Position numbers and translations under genes: made by a program
Assembly (NCBI RefSeq): GCF_009914755.1
Contig: NC_060927.1
Strand: one strand, 5' to 3'
DNA: 64,000 nucleotides
Source of the DNA: the human T2T-CHM13v2.0 reference genome, Homo sapiens
Shown here: positions 60,631 to 64,000 of the stretch, piece after piece
Layout of the letters: each line of letters opens with the position of its first letter
Position numbering within the stretch: position 1 is the first letter of the stretch
The notes under the pieces: model-generated
The model's input: only the letters and a program-made list of their open reading frames with translations
Databases searched by the model: none
Told to the model about the DNA's origin: nothing

Positions 60631-62777
60631 TAGTTCTTGTCTTAGTGCCAGCTCCATCCTGAGTTTCAACAATTGCTATTATCTTTGAGGTCTAGCATGA
60701 GGCATTAAATGCCATTGTTTCAAGAAAGATAAATGGGAATATAATTTTATTGCTATCTTACTGTTGCAAAATGGAATTCCTAAGAAACATACCCTTTATG
60801 AATTCTGGCAATGAAACTAAGACTGACTTTCCGTTTTCAATCTGAAAGCTATTTTGGAGCTTTCATCGTCAGCTAATGGAGTCTTACTTGAACGGGGTCA
60901 CATTTAAACTTCTAATAATTTTTATGTTGTAGCCTGTGAACATACAAATTTCAGGTAAATTGAAGCTAATTCCTGCAGGAGGTAAGGTCATATGTAGAAT
61001 TAGTCATTATTCATATTCTGAAAAGTGATGATGTCATTATGGGAGAGAATTTCTTGGGTCAAGACCATGCATTTAAAACGATTAAAATTCAAAAAATGGG
61101 ATCACCATTACTGAATAATTAGTATCTATAAGCTACTTTACTAAAATTAGAGACCAGTGAACTTACTGCCCTAAGTCAAGAGATTAATGGAAATTGAGAG
61201 TGTTCTCACTTATTTGGCTATCTAGTTATTCTTGTTCCCTATTTCAGAGGTGAGATGATGTTAAATATTAATCTGGAAATACGATCTCCTAGTAGCATAA
61301 TACTTGGGAAAGTCTTGCTCCTTACAAATAAAAGGCAACTCATAAAACACATACATGAGATGCTCTTAAAGCCATCAGCATTGAAAACTAATGGAACCGA
61401 GTATTAAATAATAACTAGATTGCAAGTAAAGATTGATATATAATAAACAATGACTTTAGATGACTATTACCAAACTGTTTCAGAAAAAAAAAAAAACAGG
61501 AAAAAGAAAATTCGAAGGGGCAGGGCATTGATATTTTCCTCAAAATTTTCATATTAATAATAGCTACATGGTTTAATGTCTCCCAACTTTGTACAAATAC
61601 GTAGGACTCACCTTTTGTAGTTAAGGCAGTATTTTGCTTTTTATAATGAAAGCATTTTTCCATGTTTTATTTCATTGATTAGGATAACTCATTTCATCAG
61701 AAGAGTAGTGTCAATTAACATAGTGACACATTGAACATATATGTTAAATTTACCAGTAGAAGTTAAATTACAAGTATAAGTTATTTGTCATTAGAAAATA
61801 TTCTGAAGCATACATGAGTCATTTTTTCCAATTCCCATTTTAAGATGGGTCAGTTGAGGTCAGCCAGAGTAGAATAATGCCATTACTCTAATTCAGGACA
61901 AAGATTCACAACTTTTTTGGAGGTGGGAGGGTAGTATTTTCTTTTATGATTAATATAATTTTGTTCTCAAAGTAAAGCATAAACAGTGTTGCTGTTCCTT
62001 AAGACTGCTAAAACTGTGAAACAACAGCCATTAGTTACTACTTTAAATTTTACCAATCGGTACATATATACAAAAGATACAGGTCTATAATATCTTAAGA
62101 TGCAATTTAAAGTGAAATAATAAAGCGGAAATACTTAGAATTTAATGTAAGTTTAAAGACTTTACTATCTCTGTGTTAGCTAACTTTTTTCACCAGTTCT
62201 AAGTGAACACATAGAGTAATTGATTTTTAGAAAACAAAACAAAATTACATACCTGAAAGACTAATTCTCACATTTTGGAGCAAATTATTGTATTATTACC
62301 TGCAAGAATACATGATAGACAATGTATAAACAATGTTTAGACATCTATTAACACAATGTTTCAGAAAAAAATTGAAATTGTAAGAGAAAGTAAAAAAAAT
62401 TAAAACCTTAATTCTTATTCTATTTCTGTAAACTTTGAAATGAATAAATATTCTGTTTAAATGAGAAGCATCTTACGCCTTTGTCTTCTGCTTGAACCAA
62501 ACTCACATTTGTAAATTTCAGTTAAAATGGTGGCCTTTATTCTTTTGTTCTTTATTATTTCTTTCCTCTATCTTGCTGGAACTATCCATCTTCTATTAGT
62601 GTGAAAACTTTGAAGATGAAAAGCTATTTCACCGGAAAAATCATTGATGTATTTGTGATCCTTAATAATGACTCAAATGGGAATAGATATCTAATATGAG
62701 GAACTGAGTAAAAAAGAACCACTTTTTAAATAAAATTAACTAAATGAAGTTATTGTCTTAGCCATTAACACTCATCA

Positions 62778-63228
62778 GTCATATACACCATGGAATACTA
62801 CACAGCCATATAAAGAACAAAATTGTGTCCTTGCAGCAACATGGATGCACCTGGAGGTCATTATTCTAAGCAAATTAACTCAGGACCAGAAAACCAAATA
62901 CCACATGTTCTCATTTAGAAGTGGAAGTCCAACACTGAATACACACGGACATAAAGATAAGAATAATAGAATATTATGGACATAAAGATAAGAATAATAG
63001 AATATTATGGACATAAAGATAAGAATAATAGAATAATTGTGGACTACTAGATGGGGGAGGGTAAGAAGGAGTGAGGATTGAAAAACTACCTATCGGGTGC
63101 TATGCTCATTACCTGAGTGATGGAATCATGTATACACCAAGATTCAGTGGCACTCAATTTACCTATGTAACAAACCTGCAAAGTTACCTCCTGAATCTAA
63201 AATAGAAGTTGAGAATAAAAAAGAAAAA
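62778..63228 (+). mobile_element. Old L1P/L1MA 3' end fragment containing a ~3 x 31-bp tandem repeat (62947-63035)
   Basis: CATGGAATACTACACAGCCATA..GCAGCAACATGGATG..ACCACATGTTCTCA..GTAACAAACCTGCA; GGACATAAAGATAAGAATAATAGAATATTAT repeated. Confidence 0.88.
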
Positions 63229-63480
63229 CCACTCATGTGTATAATATCATACCTTCCAAGTAAAACTTCCTCTGACTTAGGATTTTTTGGAATAGTCTGT
63301 GGTTTACAATAGAGTATATATTCGCTGTCCTTTATTTTACATACAAAGAGGAAAAACTAATTTCATTCATGCGGAGTTATGAGAGAACAGTTTCATAAGG
63401 AGGAAACATACTGCCAAACCAAAAAAAAAAAAAAAAAAAGAAGGTATTTAATTTGTTCTGTTGAAATTTTAGAGTTTGTG

Positions 63481-63605
63481 AACTAACATGTTATTCTGTT
63501 TGTGTTTTTAGTTTCCAGGTTAACTAAGGTCTCAGCTGTAAACCAAAAGTGAGAGGAGACATTAAGATTTTCATTCTTACCGGGTTGTCTTCTTCCTGAA
63601 GAGCA
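63481..63605 (+). other. CHL1: Branch point, 3' splice site and 5'-UTR part of the CHL1 first coding exon (exon starts ~63512)
   Basis: CTAAC branch-point match at 63483-63487, T-rich tract, AG at 63510-63511 (second AG at 63517-63518); no ATG between 63512 and 63605. Confidence 0.85.
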
Positions 63606-63696
63606 ATGGAGCCGCTTTTACTTGGAAGAGGACTAATCGTATATCTAATGTTCCTCCTGTTAAAATTCTCAAAAGCAATTGAAATACCATCTTCAG
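63606..63696 (+). CDS. CHL1: CHL1 first coding exon, coding part (30 codons + 1 nt; signal peptide of neural cell adhesion molecule L1-like protein)
   Basis: ATG at 63606 in strong Kozak context (GCAATGG) reads MEPLLLGRGLIVYLMFLLLKFSKAIEIPSS, which I recognise as the human CHL1 N-terminus; hydrophobic signal-peptide core; ends at donor CAG|GTAAAG (63696/63697), phase 1. Confidence 0.97.
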
Positions 63697-64000
63697 GTAA
63701 AGTTAAAACATTCAGTGCCTATTAATGGAATTTCATATTTGCATTTTGATTTTTAAGTAGAATACTTATGGATTGAGGATGTGACTTTTCTACCATATTT
63801 CTATATATTCTTTAGCAATCTGTCATGAGAATTCATATCTATCTTTTTCGTTTTGTGGGTGGCTGATACATGACTGCTGTAATTATTTTGCAACCCAGGC
63901 TTTTAGTTCCTTATGCAAACTTAGAACATAACAAGAATAGTAACCTATAGATAAGCTAGTATTTTTCCATATGTCTTGGATTATCTGCAATATTACCAAC

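Overview
Primate, almost certainly human, genomic DNA. It is AT-rich and full of Alu, L1, MIR, L2, LTR and DNA-transposon fossils. The only real coding sequence is at the far 3' end: the first coding exon of CHL1 (cell adhesion molecule L1-like, 3p26), encoding the signal peptide MEPLLLGRGLIVYLMFLLLKFSKAIEIPSS. Roughly 63.5 kb of the window is therefore the large 5'-UTR intron upstream of that exon. Nearly all ORFs in the supplied track are repeat-derived or chance. I see no new biological system here. The best leads are: (1) an antisense RPS8 processed pseudogene with a strong AT->GC substitution bias that has produced a CpG-rich island carrying CHL1-sense splice signals; (2) a complex template-switch scar inside a MER82-like transposon, containing a 140-bp copy of sequence 2.2 kb upstream; (3) a U6 snRNA-L1 chimera; (4) a MER41 LTR with intact tandem GAS/STAT motifs; (5) a very homogeneous 15x45-bp VNTR; (6) a MADE1 hairpin with mirror-matched arm changes; (7) an old local duplication dated by an LTR insertion; (8) an inverted Alu trio. 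Repeat-family names and reference sequences are recalled from memory, not from a database search, and boundaries of old repeats are approximate.
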